Assembly (NCBI GenBank): GCA_965231135.1
Contig: OZ246419.1
Location: forward strand, 577,488-641,487
From: an uncultured Gammaproteobacteria bacterium
GTDB taxonomy: Bacteria > Patescibacteriota > Microgenomatia > UBA8517
DNA: 64,000 bases
Reading direction: 5' to 3'
Both the position numbers and the translations under genes were made by a program. The notes under the pieces were generated by a model, which was not told where the DNA came from, made no database searches, and was given only the letters and a program-made list of their open reading frames with translations. How positions within the stretch are numbered: position 1 is the first letter of the stretch; each line of letters opens with the position of its first letter. Positions 17,946 through 27,818 of the stretch are shown in pieces.

Positions 17946-18221
17946 ATGTCTTGTGAAACAAAACTATTTACAAATGCACTTGAGTTTGAACAATTTAAGA
18001 GTTCGCGGAATTTAAACAATGAAAATTTTATTGCTGAAGTAAAAGAAGCAAGAGAAAGACATCAGAAATTACTAGCGCTTGGTTTTGAAAGCAGAAAAGC
18101 AAACAGAAACTTAACCAATGCAATGTCTTATAGAGAATCTTATGATTTACAATTTAGGAATCAAAGAAAAATTTGGTCAATTGATTTTGAACAACAAAAA
18201 GGATTAAGAAATCTCGCATAA
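17946..18221 (+). CDS. Hypothetical protein
   Basis: 91-aa ORF with TATAAT-6nt-ATG. Confidence 0.55.
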   Translation: MSCETKLFTNALEFEQFKSSRNLNNENFIAEVKEARERHQKLLALGFESRKANRNLTNAMSYRESYDLQFRNQRKIWSIDFEQQKGLRNLA

Positions 18222-18224
18222 CTG

Positions 18225-18253
18225 TTGACAATTACTCATAAGAGTTGGATAAT
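18225..18253 (+). promoter_or_regulatory. Promoter of the thrS leader
   Basis: TTGACA-17 nt-GATAAT. Confidence 0.7.
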
Positions 18254-18259
18254 AAATTA

Positions 18260-18393
18260 TCTTAGAGCAGCGATTTGGACTCACCAACCAATGAGTTTTA
18301 GGATAGCAAAAGAGCAGCAAGTGAAGTGGAACCACGATATCTTCTTTAGATTCGTCTTCATAAAATATATAATATTTGTATGAATAAGACGAA
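18260..18393 (+). ncRNA. T-box riboswitch (Thr), minimal, translational type
   Basis: TGAAG-TGGAACC-ACGA...TCGT-CTTCA antiterminator fold; ACC in the loop of a short upstream stem; alternative hairpin over the AUG. Confidence 0.8.
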
Positions 18394-19645
18394 AAAAATA
18401 ATTGAACCAAAACAAGAGCAATCTTTTGATCATAAAGTTTTAGGAAAAGAATTAGATTTATTTACTTTTTCTGAAGTTGTTGGCAAAGGATTGCCTCTTT
18501 GGACTCCAAAAGGAGCTTCAATAAGGCGTGAACTTGAGAGATTTATTGTTGATGAAGAAATAAAACGAGGGTACCAGCACGTTTATACTCCAGATATTGC
18601 AAACTTAGGGCTTTATAAAAAGAGCGGGCATTATCCGTATTATAAAGATTCAATGTATGCGCCAATTGTAATTGATGATGAAGAATATATGCTTCGCCCT
18701 ATGACTTGCCCACATCATTTTGAGCTTTATTTAAGCAGACCAAGAAGCTATCGAGAGTTGCCAATGAGAATTGCAGAGATTTCAAAACTTTATAGATATG
18801 AGCAGTCAGGAGAATTAATGGGACTTCAGCGAGTGCGAAGTTTTTGTTTGTCTGATGCACATATAATTACTCAAAAAGAAAATGCGATGGATGAAATTGA
18901 AAAAGTATTGGATTTAATTGATTATGTAACTAATATACTTGGTCTGGTTAAATATAAAGACTATAAATATAGACTTTCTTTAGGGGATAGAAATGATTCA
19001 CAAAAATATTTTAAAGACGATAAAGCATGGGATGATGCAGAAGAAATATTAAGAAAGGCATTAAAATCTCGCAAAATAGAATTTACAGAAGCAGAAAAAG
19101 AAGCCGCGTTTTATGGACCAAAAATTGATATTCAAATGGTTAATGCAAACGGAAAAGAAGATACAGCAATTACAGTGCAATATGATTTTGTAATGCCAAA
19201 GCGATTTGACTTAACTTTTATAAACGAAAAAGGCGAAAAGGAGGAAGCAGTGGTGGTGCACCGATCAAGTATTGGAGCAATTGAGAGAACAATTGCGTTC
19301 TTGATTGAGAAATACAAGGGTGCATTTCCTCTTTGGCTTAGCCCTGTACAAGTTAAAATCTTGCCACTTACAGAGCGAAATGTAGATTATGCTAAGAAAA
19401 TTTATGAGGAACTGATGGAGAATAAAATTAGAGTGGAAATTGATGATAGAAATGAAACTCTTGGAGCGAAAATTCGCGATGCGCAGAAAGAAAAGGTAAA
19501 TTATATGGTAATTGTTGGCGACCGAGACGAGAAAGTAAAAGTAATTTCCGTGCGTACACGCGGCGAAAAAGACCTTGGACAAATGAAATTAGACGAATTT
19601 TTGAGTAAAATAAGACAAGAAATTGAAACTAAGAGCCTAAACTGA
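18380..19645 (+). CDS. thrS: Threonyl-tRNA synthetase, lacking N-terminal TGS/editing domain
   Basis: DHKVLGKELDLF, RPMTCPHH, YRYEQSG, AFYGPKID, HRSSIGAIER. Confidence 0.97.
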   Translation: MNKTKKIIEPKQEQSFDHKVLGKELDLFTFSEVVGKGLPLWTPKGASIRRELERFIVDEEIKRGYQHVYTPDIANLGLYKKSGHYPYYKDSMYAPIVIDDEEYMLRPMTCPHHFELYLSRPRSYRELPMRIAEISKLYRYEQSGELMGLQRVRSFCLSDAHIITQKENAMDEIEKVLDLIDYVTNILGLVKYKDYKYRLSLGDRNDSQKYFKDDKAWDDAEEILRKALKSRKIEFTEAEKEAAFYGPKIDIQMVNANGKEDTAITVQYDFVMPKRFDLTFINEKGEKEEAVVVHRSSIGAIERTIAFLIEKYKGAFPLWLSPVQVKILPLTERNVDYAKKIYEELMENKIRVEIDDRNETLGAKIRDAQKEKVNYMVIVGDRDEKVKVISVRTRGEKDLGQMKLDEFLSKIRQEIETKSLN

Positions 19646-19656
19646 TATAATTCTCT

Positions 19657-20262
19657 ATAGATTTGAAGAAAACTAATCTGTATTTTAAATCAAACGAGCA
19701 AATACACGCTGCCGAGCTTCGTGTACTTACAGTTGATAACAAACAGATTGGAGTAATAAGCCGGGACGAAGCTTTGAAAAAAGCAAGGGAAGAGAATTTA
19801 GATTTGATTCTTATTGCGGAAAGCGCAAATCCGCCAGTTGCTAAAATTGCCGATCTTGGTAAATTTATTTATCAAGAAGAGAAAAAGCTTAAAAAAAGCA
19901 AAGCAAAAGTAAGCGACTTGAAAGAAATCAGATTTTCGCCATTTATTGGAGAAGCTGATTATACGACAAGAGTCAAAAGAGTTAAAGAGTTTTTGGAGGA
20001 TAGAGATAAGGTAAAACTAACCGTTGTTTTTTTGGGGCGCCAGATGAACAGCAAAAGTTTTGGATACGGACTATTAGATAAGATTGTAAAGGAACTTGGG
20101 GATACGATACATATTGATAGCGAGCCGAAATTTTTGGGAAGATATTTATCAATGATAATATCGCCGACAGGAAAAAAGAGTAAGGAATTTGTCGATAATA
20201 TTAACAGAAAGGAATCGCATGCCGAAACAGAAAACAAGGAAATCAGTAACAAAGAGATTTAA
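19657..20262 (+). CDS. infC: Translation initiation factor IF-3 (non-ATG start: ATA 19657 or TTG 19663)
   Basis: NEQI..LRV, LDLILIA..PPVAKI.D.GKF.Y, KEIRF; thrS-infC-rpmI-rplT order. Confidence 0.95.
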   Translation: MDLKKTNLYFKSNEQIHAAELRVLTVDNKQIGVISRDEALKKAREENLDLILIAESANPPVAKIADLGKFIYQEEKKLKKSKAKVSDLKEIRFSPFIGEADYTTRVKRVKEFLEDRDKVKLTVVFLGRQMNSKSFGYGLLDKIVKELGDTIHIDSEPKFLGRYLSMIISPTGKKSKEFVDNINRKESHAETENKEISNKEI

Positions 20263-20425
20263 AATTACAAAAAACGGGAAAGTAATGTTCCGTCATAACT
20301 TTTCCAGACATTTGCGTATCAAAAAATCTCGTGCAAAGAAACGAGCAGCAAAAAGACCAGCTGTAATGACAAGTTATTATGCAAAGAAAATAAGAAAGTC
20401 GCTTGGAGTAACTTTAACAAAATAA
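20219..20425 (+). CDS. rpmI: 50S ribosomal protein L35
   Basis: MPKQKTRKSVTKRFKITKNGK; SD AAGGA upstream; overlaps the infC 3' end. Confidence 0.95.
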   Translation: MPKQKTRKSVTKRFKITKNGKVMFRHNFSRHLRIKKSRAKKRAAKRPAVMTSYYAKKIRKSLGVTLTK

Positions 20426-20426
20426 T

Positions 20427-20765
20427 ATGGCACGTATTAAATCAAAAGCACAAGTAAAACACAGGAAACTTCGAAAATTAACGAAAGGTTATGGAACTGT
20501 AAGACATAAAAGAATTGCAGCAATGAATGCAGCAGTTTTGCATGCAGGACAATATGCATTTGCAGGACGCAAACTTCGAAAAAGAGATTTAAGAGCTCTT
20601 TGGATAATAAGGCTCAATGCAGCAGTCAGAGAACATGGACTTTCATATTCTAAATTTATAGCAGGACTTCATAAAAACAAAGTTGAAGTTGATCGAAAAA
20701 TATTATCTGATATTGCAATTAAAGATCCAGAAAGCTTTAAACAAATAGTTGCCGCAGTAAAGTAA
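20427..20765 (+). CDS. rplT: 50S ribosomal protein L20
   Basis: GRKLRKRDLRALWIIRLNAA..YSKFI..DRKILSD. Confidence 0.97.
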   Translation: MARIKSKAQVKHRKLRKLTKGYGTVRHKRIAAMNAAVLHAGQYAFAGRKLRKRDLRALWIIRLNAAVREHGLSYSKFIAGLHKNKVEVDRKILSDIAIKDPESFKQIVAAVK

Positions 20766-20793
20766 ACAGAAGTTTGACTTTCGCGACAACGAT

Positions 20794-20817
20794 AACCCGC
20801 AAACAAGCGGGTTTTTT
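20794..20817 (+). terminator. Intrinsic terminator after rplT
   Basis: AACCCGC-AAACAA-GCGGGTTTTTT. Confidence 0.8.
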
Positions 20818-20819
20818 AA

Positions 20820-21331
20820 TGGAAAAATGATAAATTAAAAAATTATAAAACTAAATATTTATATACAACTAAAAAAGTTTTTGATGAACTTGAAAATCAC
20901 AAAATAGATTATGGACAATTGCAATTATGAATAATAACGGAGGAATTGTTGATGAAAGCATTGATTCAGTTTCTAAACATAATTTTAAAATAATTGATAA
21001 ATATTCTATAAATATTGAGCAGTGTTTACTTGGAAAAGTTGATGTTAAATTAGAAGATATAAAATTTATTATGTCTCATCCACAAGGATTTGAACAATGC
21101 AAAAATAGTTTAAATAAAAAGTTTTTAAGTATTAAAAAGATTGTTGGGAAAAATAAAGAAATTGATCCGGCATATTTAGCGAAAGAACTATCAGAGAATA
21201 AATTAAATAAATATATTGCAATAATTGGGAACAGAAGACTGGCTGAAATTTATAATTTGCAAATTTTGCAAAGAAATTTACAAGATATTACAAACAATTG
21301 GACAACTTTTTTATTAGTGTCAAAAGTTTGA
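20820..21331 (+). pseudogene. Prephenate dehydratase-domain pseudogene (frameshifted, N-terminus lost)
   Basis: YLYTTKKVFDELENHKIDYGQ shifts frame near 20920 into AIMNNNGGIVDES..SHPQGFEQC..LQDITNNWTTFL. Confidence 0.75.
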
Positions 21332-21343
21332 TAGAATAAACTC

Positions 21344-22366
21344 ATGAAAGACGAAATTATTAATTTAAAAAATCAGGCATTAGGGAGAATTACAGATGCT
21401 TCAAATTTGGAAGACTTGGAAGAAATAAGAATAGATTTTTTAGGAAGAAATGGACAATTAAATAAATTTTTTAAAGAGATTGCAAATCTTGATGAAAACC
21501 AAAAGAAAGAAGTTGGATTTGTAATTAACGAATCGAAAAGAACTGTTGAAGAATTTATAAACGAGAAAAAAGCGCATTTTAAAGAATCTACAAAAAAAAT
21601 ATTTGATGAAACAATTCCAGGAGAGTTGCCGCCAATAGGCCACATTCATCTAGTAACTCAGGCGATTAATGAAATAAGTAATGTATTTGAAAAGATAGGT
21701 TTCATTCGACAAAGATACCCAGAAGTAGAATGGGACTGGTATGGATTTGGTGCATTAAATTTTCCCGAGAATCATCCTGCGCGCGACGATTGGGAAACTT
21801 TTTTTATGGATACAAATCCTGATGTAAAATTTGGACCGATGATTTTAACGCCACATACTTCAAGCGGGCAAATACGAGAAATGGAAAGAACTAAACCGCC
21901 GATAAGAATGATTAATATTGCAAAATGCTACAGAAGACAACTGGATAATAGACATTTAACAATGTTTCATCAGTTTGAAGGATTAGTCGTTGATGAAAAT
22001 ATAACTTTAGTAAATTTAAAAGGAACACTTGATTACTTTGCAACCGCGTTTTTCGGAGAAAAACGACGAACTCGTTTAAGACCTTATCATTTTCAGTTTA
22101 CAGAGCCAAGTTTTGAAGTAGATATTACTTGTGGAATTTGTAACGGCAAAGGTTGTAAATTTTGTAAAGAAGGATGGCTTGAACTTGGAGGAGCTGGAAT
22201 GGTTCATCCAAACGTTTTAAGAGCTGGAGGAATTGATAGCAAAAAATATTCTGGGTTTGCATTTGGGTGGGGAGTGGAGAGAACTTTTATGATGAAAGAA
22301 AATATGAATTTTGACGATATAAGAACTTTATATAGCAGTGATGTGAGAGTTTTACAACAATTTTAA
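21344..22366 (+). CDS. pheS: Phenylalanyl-tRNA synthetase alpha subunit
   Basis: HPARD, HTSSGQIR, FHQFEGL, FTEPSFE, GFAFGWGVER. Confidence 0.97.
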   Translation: MKDEIINLKNQALGRITDASNLEDLEEIRIDFLGRNGQLNKFFKEIANLDENQKKEVGFVINESKRTVEEFINEKKAHFKESTKKIFDETIPGELPPIGHIHLVTQAINEISNVFEKIGFIRQRYPEVEWDWYGFGALNFPENHPARDDWETFFMDTNPDVKFGPMILTPHTSSGQIREMERTKPPIRMINIAKCYRRQLDNRHLTMFHQFEGLVVDENITLVNLKGTLDYFATAFFGEKRRTRLRPYHFQFTEPSFEVDITCGICNGKGCKFCKEGWLELGGAGMVHPNVLRAGGIDSKKYSGFAFGWGVERTFMMKENMNFDDIRTLYSSDVRVLQQF

Positions 22367-22369
22367 TTT

Positions 22370-24295
22370 ATGGATATTAAAATATCACACAACTGGTTAA
22401 AAGAATATTTACAGACTAATGCAAGTGTAAAAGAAATTGGAGATAAACTTGCTTTATCAGGGCCTTCTGTAGAAAAAATAGAGAAAGTAAAAAACGACTA
22501 TATTTATGATACTGAAGTAACTGCAAACAGAGTTGATTGTATGTCTATTCTTGGAATTGCAAGAGAAGCATCAGCAATTTTGCCTAATGCAAAATTAAAA
22601 AGAGAAAAAAATAAGCAAAGCTTGCACGGCTACGCCGGTAAAAATACGAAAGATTTATTAAAAATTAAAATAGACCCTAAATTTGTAAATAGAGTAATGG
22701 CTGTAGTGATGGAGGTAAAAATAGGGAAGTCACCACAAATTATTAAAGACAGATTAGAAAGTGCTGATATGCGATCTTTAAACAATTTAGTTGATGTAAC
22801 AAATTATGTAATGCAAGAAATAGGACATCCAACTCATGTTTTTGATTTTGATTTAATTCCAGATGGAATTCTGAATTTCAGATTATCTCAAAAAGGAGAA
22901 ACAATAATAACTCTTGACGATAGAACTTATGAGCTTTTAGGAGATGATATTGTCATCGAAGATATAAATAGAAATATTATTGATTTACCAGGAATAATGG
23001 GAACAAAAAATTCTGTTGTAAATAATAATACAAAAAGAATTATATTTTTTATTGATAATATTGATAAGCAAAAATTACGAAAAACATCCACAAGACTTGG
23101 AATTCGAACAAATGCTGCGATATTAAACGAAAAAGGAGTCGATCCTGAGCTTGCAGCAATTGCATTTGAAAAAGGAATCGAGCTTTATAAAAAGATAGCT
23201 GATGCAAAAACAATTAGTAGGATTTATGACATATACCCAAGAATTTATAAACAGAAACTTGTGAAGCTTAACCACAGCTTCATAGAAAAGAAAATTGGTA
23301 TTAAAATTCCAAACAAAAAGGTTGTAGAAATTTTAGAAAAGCTTGGATTTGAAGTTAAAGTTAAGGGAAACGAAGTAAGCAAAGCTTGTGACGATTACGT
23401 CATAAAAGTCCCTTCATGGCGAGCAAATGATGTAACAATTCCTGAGGATATTGTTGAAGAAGTTGCCAGAATTTATGGATATTATAATTTGCCAAGCGAA
23501 ATAATGAGCGGAAAACTCCCTGCACCAATAACTAATACAGATTTTGATTTTGTGAATAAAATTAAGGAGATTTTAAAATCTCACGGAGGATTTGAAATTT
23601 ATACAAATTCTTTGGTTTCAAAAGAGATGGCAGGAGAAACTGCACTTAAATTAAAAAATCCGCTTGGAGGAGATGCAGAATATTTAAGAACCAGTTTAAA
23701 ACCTTCTTTAATAAACGCTGTCAAAGAAAACAAAAAATTTTATCACGAAACGACAAATTCGGCTTATTTATTTGAAGTTGCAAACGTTTACTTAAGAAAA
23801 GACCCTTCGGCTGCGCTCAGGGTGACAGCTTTGCCAAAAGAGAACATGACTCTCGCTGCCATTTTTGCAAATTATGAATATCGAAAAGCAAAAGGAATAG
23901 TTGAAGCATTATATAAAGAACTTCATATTAACGAAAAATTTAATCTAGAAATTTTAAATGATACAGAGTTTTATTTTGAAATAGATATTGAAACTTTGAA
24001 GAAAAACTATAAAGATTTTGCAAAGTTTGTACCGATTTCAAAATATCCAAGCCAAATTGAAGACGTTACTTTTGAATTTTTAAGTAATGTGAAGGTTGGA
24101 GAAATAATTGGCGAAATTAAAAAAGTGGAGAATGTTGAAAATGTAGAATTGAAAGAAATTTACAAAAATAATTTTACATTTCGAATTTGGTATCATGATA
24201 ACGAAAAAACTTTGAGCGACGCGGATGTAAATAAAATAAGAGAGAAAATTATTTGGGAAGTGAATAGTAAATTTGGTGGGAGTGTTAAGAATTAA
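22370..24295 (+). CDS. pheT: Phenylalanyl-tRNA synthetase beta subunit (short, no B2 OB domain)
   Basis: NRVDCMSILGIARE, VDVTNYV..GHPTHVFD, VPSWR.DV..EDIVEEVARIYGY. Confidence 0.96.
   Translation: MDIKISHNWLKEYLQTNASVKEIGDKLALSGPSVEKIEKVKNDYIYDTEVTANRVDCMSILGIAREASAILPNAKLKREKNKQSLHGYAGKNTKDLLKIKIDPKFVNRVMAVVMEVKIGKSPQIIKDRLESADMRSLNNLVDVTNYVMQEIGHPTHVFDFDLIPDGILNFRLSQKGETIITLDDRTYELLGDDIVIEDINRNIIDLPGIMGTKNSVVNNNTKRIIFFIDNIDKQKLRKTSTRLGIRTNAAILNEKGVDPELAAIAFEKGIELYKKIADAKTISRIYDIYPRIYKQKLVKLNHSFIEKKIGIKIPNKKVVEILEKLGFEVKVKGNEVSKACDDYVIKVPSWRANDVTIPEDIVEEVARIYGYYNLPSEIMSGKLPAPITNTDFDFVNKIKEILKSHGGFEIYTNSLVSKEMAGETALKLKNPLGGDAEYLRTSLKPSLINAVKENKKFYHETTNSAYLFEVANVYLRKDPSAALRVTALPKENMTLAAIFANYEYRKAKGIVEALYKELHINEKFNLEILNDTEFYFEIDIETLKKNYKDFAKFVPISKYPSQIEDVTFEFLSNVKVGEIIGEIKKVENVENVELKEIYKNNFTFRIWYHDNEKTLSDADVNKIREKIIWEVNSKFGGSVKN
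22612..22637 (+). repeat. Short double-hairpin palindromic repeat inside pheT (family A)
   Basis: TAAGC-AAA-GCTTG plus CGGC-TAC-GCCG; near-identical inverted copy at 3103-3126. Confidence 0.7.
23375..23402 (+). repeat. Family A repeat inside pheT
   Basis: GTAAGC-AAA-GCTTG plus TGACG-ATTA-CGTCA. Confidence 0.65.
23801..23826 (+). repeat. REP-like GC-rich palindrome inside pheT (family B)
   Basis: GACCCTTCGGCTGCGCTCAGGGTGAC; related copy at 50923-50943. Confidence 0.6.
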
Positions 24296-24714
24296 TTTTT
24301 AAAATCTGTTTGTATAAGAGGCGATATTTCGTCTCGTATGTTAGGTAACGATAAACTTACAGACGCAGACATATCTTCACTTAAGCTATCTAAATAAGTA
24401 CTAAGTTCATCTCTCCTTTCCTCGGAAGTAATATCTCCGACTGCGTTTAAAAGCCAAAATGTCTTCGCTATATCAACTACCTCTATTTTTTTGTCGTTGG
24501 TAGATAATAATTCTGATAAGGTTTGGGCCAATTTTAATCTTGCTATTTCTAACTTAGTATAAGGTTTTTCTTTTGATAATTTTAATCCAGCAGATAGACC
24601 ACTGGAGTTTTGCATATTCTGAAAATAACGTCTAATTTTCTCTGGAAGCCTATCACTTTTCTGGGTAAGAAGTTCGTCAAAATCTGAATTGCCGATTTGT
24701 GTATCTGGCGTCAT
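24292..24714 (-). CDS. Hypothetical protein
   Basis: 140-aa ATG ORF; no motif. Confidence 0.55.
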   Translation of the reverse strand: MTPDTQIGNSDFDELLTQKSDRLPEKIRRYFQNMQNSSGLSAGLKLSKEKPYTKLEIARLKLAQTLSELLSTNDKKIEVVDIAKTFWLLNAVGDITSEERRDELSTYLDSLSEDMSASVSLSLPNIRDEISPLIQTDFKN

Positions 24715-24744
24715 TAACTGATGTATTATATCACTTTGTCAAGA

Positions 24745-27354
24745 TTAAGGAGTAGGAACTGGAGTAGGAGAAGGGGAAGGAGTTGGCTGGGACCAGGATT
24801 GTCCAACGCCAACTGAGATAGTTCGATCAGATTGATTTCCATTTTGGTCTTTGGCAACTGCACGAAGAGTGTGAATGCCATTTGAAATTCCATTTGCTTG
24901 ATATTGATATGGCAAATTATTAACAGTGCCAACTTGCGTCCCGTCTATGTAAAAGTCAACTTCAGTAATTGTACTTGACGACTGCGCATTAACTGAAATT
25001 GTAAAATTATTTCCCAGCATTCCATCCTGATCATGAGGAGAACTAAAATCAACATTAACAGGGTTCCCAGAACCACAATATGTTGTTGGTGGATGATAGC
25101 GATTATCATTTTGAGTATTAAGCCAATTTAAGATTCCCTCCTGCCATTTATTTTCTCCTCCTGGAGCTGCTGTTGGATCTTCTTCTTTAAAGACAAAGTA
25201 TTCCTGATTATTGTAATCGTTTGCTGCAATATTTGACGGAGTTGCTAATTTTCCGTCTTCTTTACAAACTTTAAGATTAACATGAACTGGGTCTGGACCT
25301 TGAGGCTGTGTACCTTTTATAAAATATTCACTACGGCTTTGGAATCCATCATGGGCCTGATAGCCAGAAACTGTATCTACATCTTCTTTAACAATGTTTG
25401 GCGGAGGATTAAATGTGACTTTTGGCTTTCCAGCTAGAGCTTGCTGAATAATTTGATTCCAAATCGGCGCTGCACCTGTAATACCTGATGCGACAGAAAG
25501 CATAGGCGAATTATCATTATTTCCCACCCAAACTCCAGCAAGAGCTTCGCTGTTTCCGCCAACTGTCCAATTATCTCTTTTATCGTTTGTGGTTCCTGTT
25601 TTTACAGCAACATCAAGGCCTGGAACCAAGAGAGAAGAGTTAGCGCCAAATTCAGGAGTTCTTGCAACATTGTCAGATAAAATATCGTCAATCAAAAAAG
25701 CCTGCTCGGCAGTTATAACAGAATTTCCTTTTTGAGGATTGTTTTGTTCCAAAATATTTCCCTTAGCGTCAGTAATTTTCAGGATGGAAATAGGATTCAC
25801 TCTGTAACCGCCATTCATAAAAATAGAATAACCGTCTGCAAGATCAAGAAGTGTAACTTCTCCTCCTCCAAGAGTAACTGAGAGGCCAAGACGGTTTAAA
25901 TTATCCTGAGTCGGCGCAAGTTCTGGAATACCCGCATCATAAGCAGTCTGCAACATATCTTTTATGCCAACCATTGCAAGAACTTTGACAGCTGGAACAT
26001 TTCTGGAATTTGCAAGAGCATAACGAAGCTGAATTGGGCCAACAAATTTTCCGTCATAATTTACTGGCACATAATCGGGGTTATTGGCGCCGCCTGGGAA
26101 TGAAGTTTGTACATCCATGACCATGGTTGCCGGAGTGTAGCCTTTTTTAAACGCTGTGACATAAGTAAAAGGCTTAATTGAAGAACCAGGCTGACGCAGA
26201 GCTACGGCAACATTATATTGACCATCATAATCTTTGGCATTGAAATCTTTACTTCCAACCATTGCAAGAATTTCGCCTGTTTGAGGATTTAAAACTACAG
26301 CGGCGCCGTTTGTAATATGGTCACTTTCAACTTTTGCAATTTCATCTGTTACTATTTGCTGGACTTTATCCTGCAGATCCAAATCAAGAGTTGTTGTTAC
26401 AGTTAAGCCTCCTCCTTGAAGAGCACCAGCGCCATATTTATCTTCAATTTCTTTTTCGACATATTGGACAAAATGAGGAGCTTTGAAACTGGCTCCCGGG
26501 TTTTGAAAAGGAAGAGAGGCAATTTGATTGTCTGCTTCTTTTTCCTGATCGCTTGTTATATAGCCATTCGCCTGCATTTGCCGAAGAACATCTTGAGTGC
26601 GGGCAGTATATGCTGCAACGCTTCCGGTGTATGGAGAATAATAAGTTGGGCTTTGAGGAAGCCCGGCCAGGAAAGCACATTCAACAAGATTTAAATTTTT
26701 TGCAGGAATTCCAAAATACATTTCGCTTGCTGCTTCAATTCCCAAAGCAGTTCCTCCATAAGGAATTTGATTAAGATACATTTGCAGAATTTGATCTTTG
26801 GAGAAATTAGCATTAACTTCAATTGTTAAAATAACTTCTTTAAACTTACGAACTACAGTTCTATCCTGTGTTAATAAACTATTTTTAACTAATTGTTGTG
26901 TAAGAGTTGACCCTCCAGCTAATTGGCCGCGGAAAACGGTATTAAAAAGACCGCGGGCAATTCCGATTAAATCAAATCCGTTATTTTTGTAAAAATTTTT
27001 ATCTTCGATCGAGATTACACCTTCGCGAAGATACTGCGGCATATCGCTAAAATCGATTGGGATATTGTTTTCGTTTTGATAAACATCATATAAAACTTTT
27101 CCATTTCTGTCTGTAATTTTGGTTGAGAAACCAGATTCTTTAACAACTTTTGTAGGAGAAGGAAGCTCGCGAGCAATTAAAGGAAAACTAATTAAAACTC
27201 CCAAAATTCCAACTATTACAACTATAAAACTTATTTTTGCAATTTTTGCAATTAACTTTGCGCGTTCTGTTGGATCTTCTGGAAGATGTGGTAAAAAGGG
27301 AAATCTTTTTCTGACGATTTGTCTTCTTCGGGTTTGAGAATAATCATTCCACAT
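24745..27354 (-). CDS. Class A penicillin-binding protein (transglycosylase/transpeptidase) with C-terminal Ig-like domain
   Basis: EDKNFY, GGSTLTQQLVKN, RKFKE; SSIK, SRN, KTGT. TGATATAAT-7nt-ATG supports a start at 27354. Confidence 0.95.
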   Translation of the reverse strand: MWNDYSQTRRRQIVRKRFPFLPHLPEDPTERAKLIAKIAKISFIVVIVGILGVLISFPLIARELPSPTKVVKESGFSTKITDRNGKVLYDVYQNENNIPIDFSDMPQYLREGVISIEDKNFYKNNGFDLIGIARGLFNTVFRGQLAGGSTLTQQLVKNSLLTQDRTVVRKFKEVILTIEVNANFSKDQILQMYLNQIPYGGTALGIEAASEMYFGIPAKNLNLVECAFLAGLPQSPTYYSPYTGSVAAYTARTQDVLRQMQANGYITSDQEKEADNQIASLPFQNPGASFKAPHFVQYVEKEIEDKYGAGALQGGGLTVTTTLDLDLQDKVQQIVTDEIAKVESDHITNGAAVVLNPQTGEILAMVGSKDFNAKDYDGQYNVAVALRQPGSSIKPFTYVTAFKKGYTPATMVMDVQTSFPGGANNPDYVPVNYDGKFVGPIQLRYALANSRNVPAVKVLAMVGIKDMLQTAYDAGIPELAPTQDNLNRLGLSVTLGGGEVTLLDLADGYSIFMNGGYRVNPISILKITDAKGNILEQNNPQKGNSVITAEQAFLIDDILSDNVARTPEFGANSSLLVPGLDVAVKTGTTNDKRDNWTVGGNSEALAGVWVGNNDNSPMLSVASGITGAAPIWNQIIQQALAGKPKVTFNPPPNIVKEDVDTVSGYQAHDGFQSRSEYFIKGTQPQGPDPVHVNLKVCKEDGKLATPSNIAANDYNNQEYFVFKEEDPTAAPGGENKWQEGILNWLNTQNDNRYHPPTTYCGSGNPVNVDFSSPHDQDGMLGNNFTISVNAQSSSTITEVDFYIDGTQVGTVNNLPYQYQANGISNGIHTLRAVAKDQNGNQSDRTISVGVGQSWSQPTPSPSPTPVPTP

Positions 27355-27414
27355 GAATTTCATTATATCAGATGTATATTTTTGAGAACAATCAATCTTA
27401 TAGTACAATATGTG

Positions 27415-27793
27415 GTGACTGAAAGAACTTTTGGCGAAACATTTGGTCGTATTGCTGTCGGATTTTTGTTAGCATCTACACTGTCAATATGACAAAGCTA
27501 CTTTAGCACTATCTCCCGACGGGACAAAACCTGCTATCATCAGCGAGGTAAACGGACACAGTATTTTATATTTTGATGGTAAACCATTTTGGTCACCTGA
27601 TAGCAACAAAATCGTTATTAAAGAACAAATTCAATTACCTGGAAATTCAATGCTCATTGTGTTTGGTATAGACGATAGAAGTGAACAAAACACTCTTTCT
27701 CATCATGAAGATTTAAAAATCAGTATATGGAAATTAAATGGTGAACTAATTCTCCAAACTCCAGATACAAATATCTCTATTGATTTAAAATAA
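27415..27793 (+). pseudogene. Remnant of a secreted PD40/TolB-like beta-propeller protein
   Basis: Signal-like VTERTFGETFGRIAVGFLLASTLSI* followed, in another frame, by LSPDGTK..FWSPDSNKIV; not in the ORF track. Confidence 0.5.
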
Positions 27794-27818
27794 ACATTTT
27801 ATTTGATAAAATAGATTC

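Noticed and set aside
27409-27818. T-box leader for tyrS (also sought before pheS)
   Set aside because: No TGGNACC antiterminator; the region reads as a decayed PD40-type gene, and tyrS has a -10 box next to its ATG.
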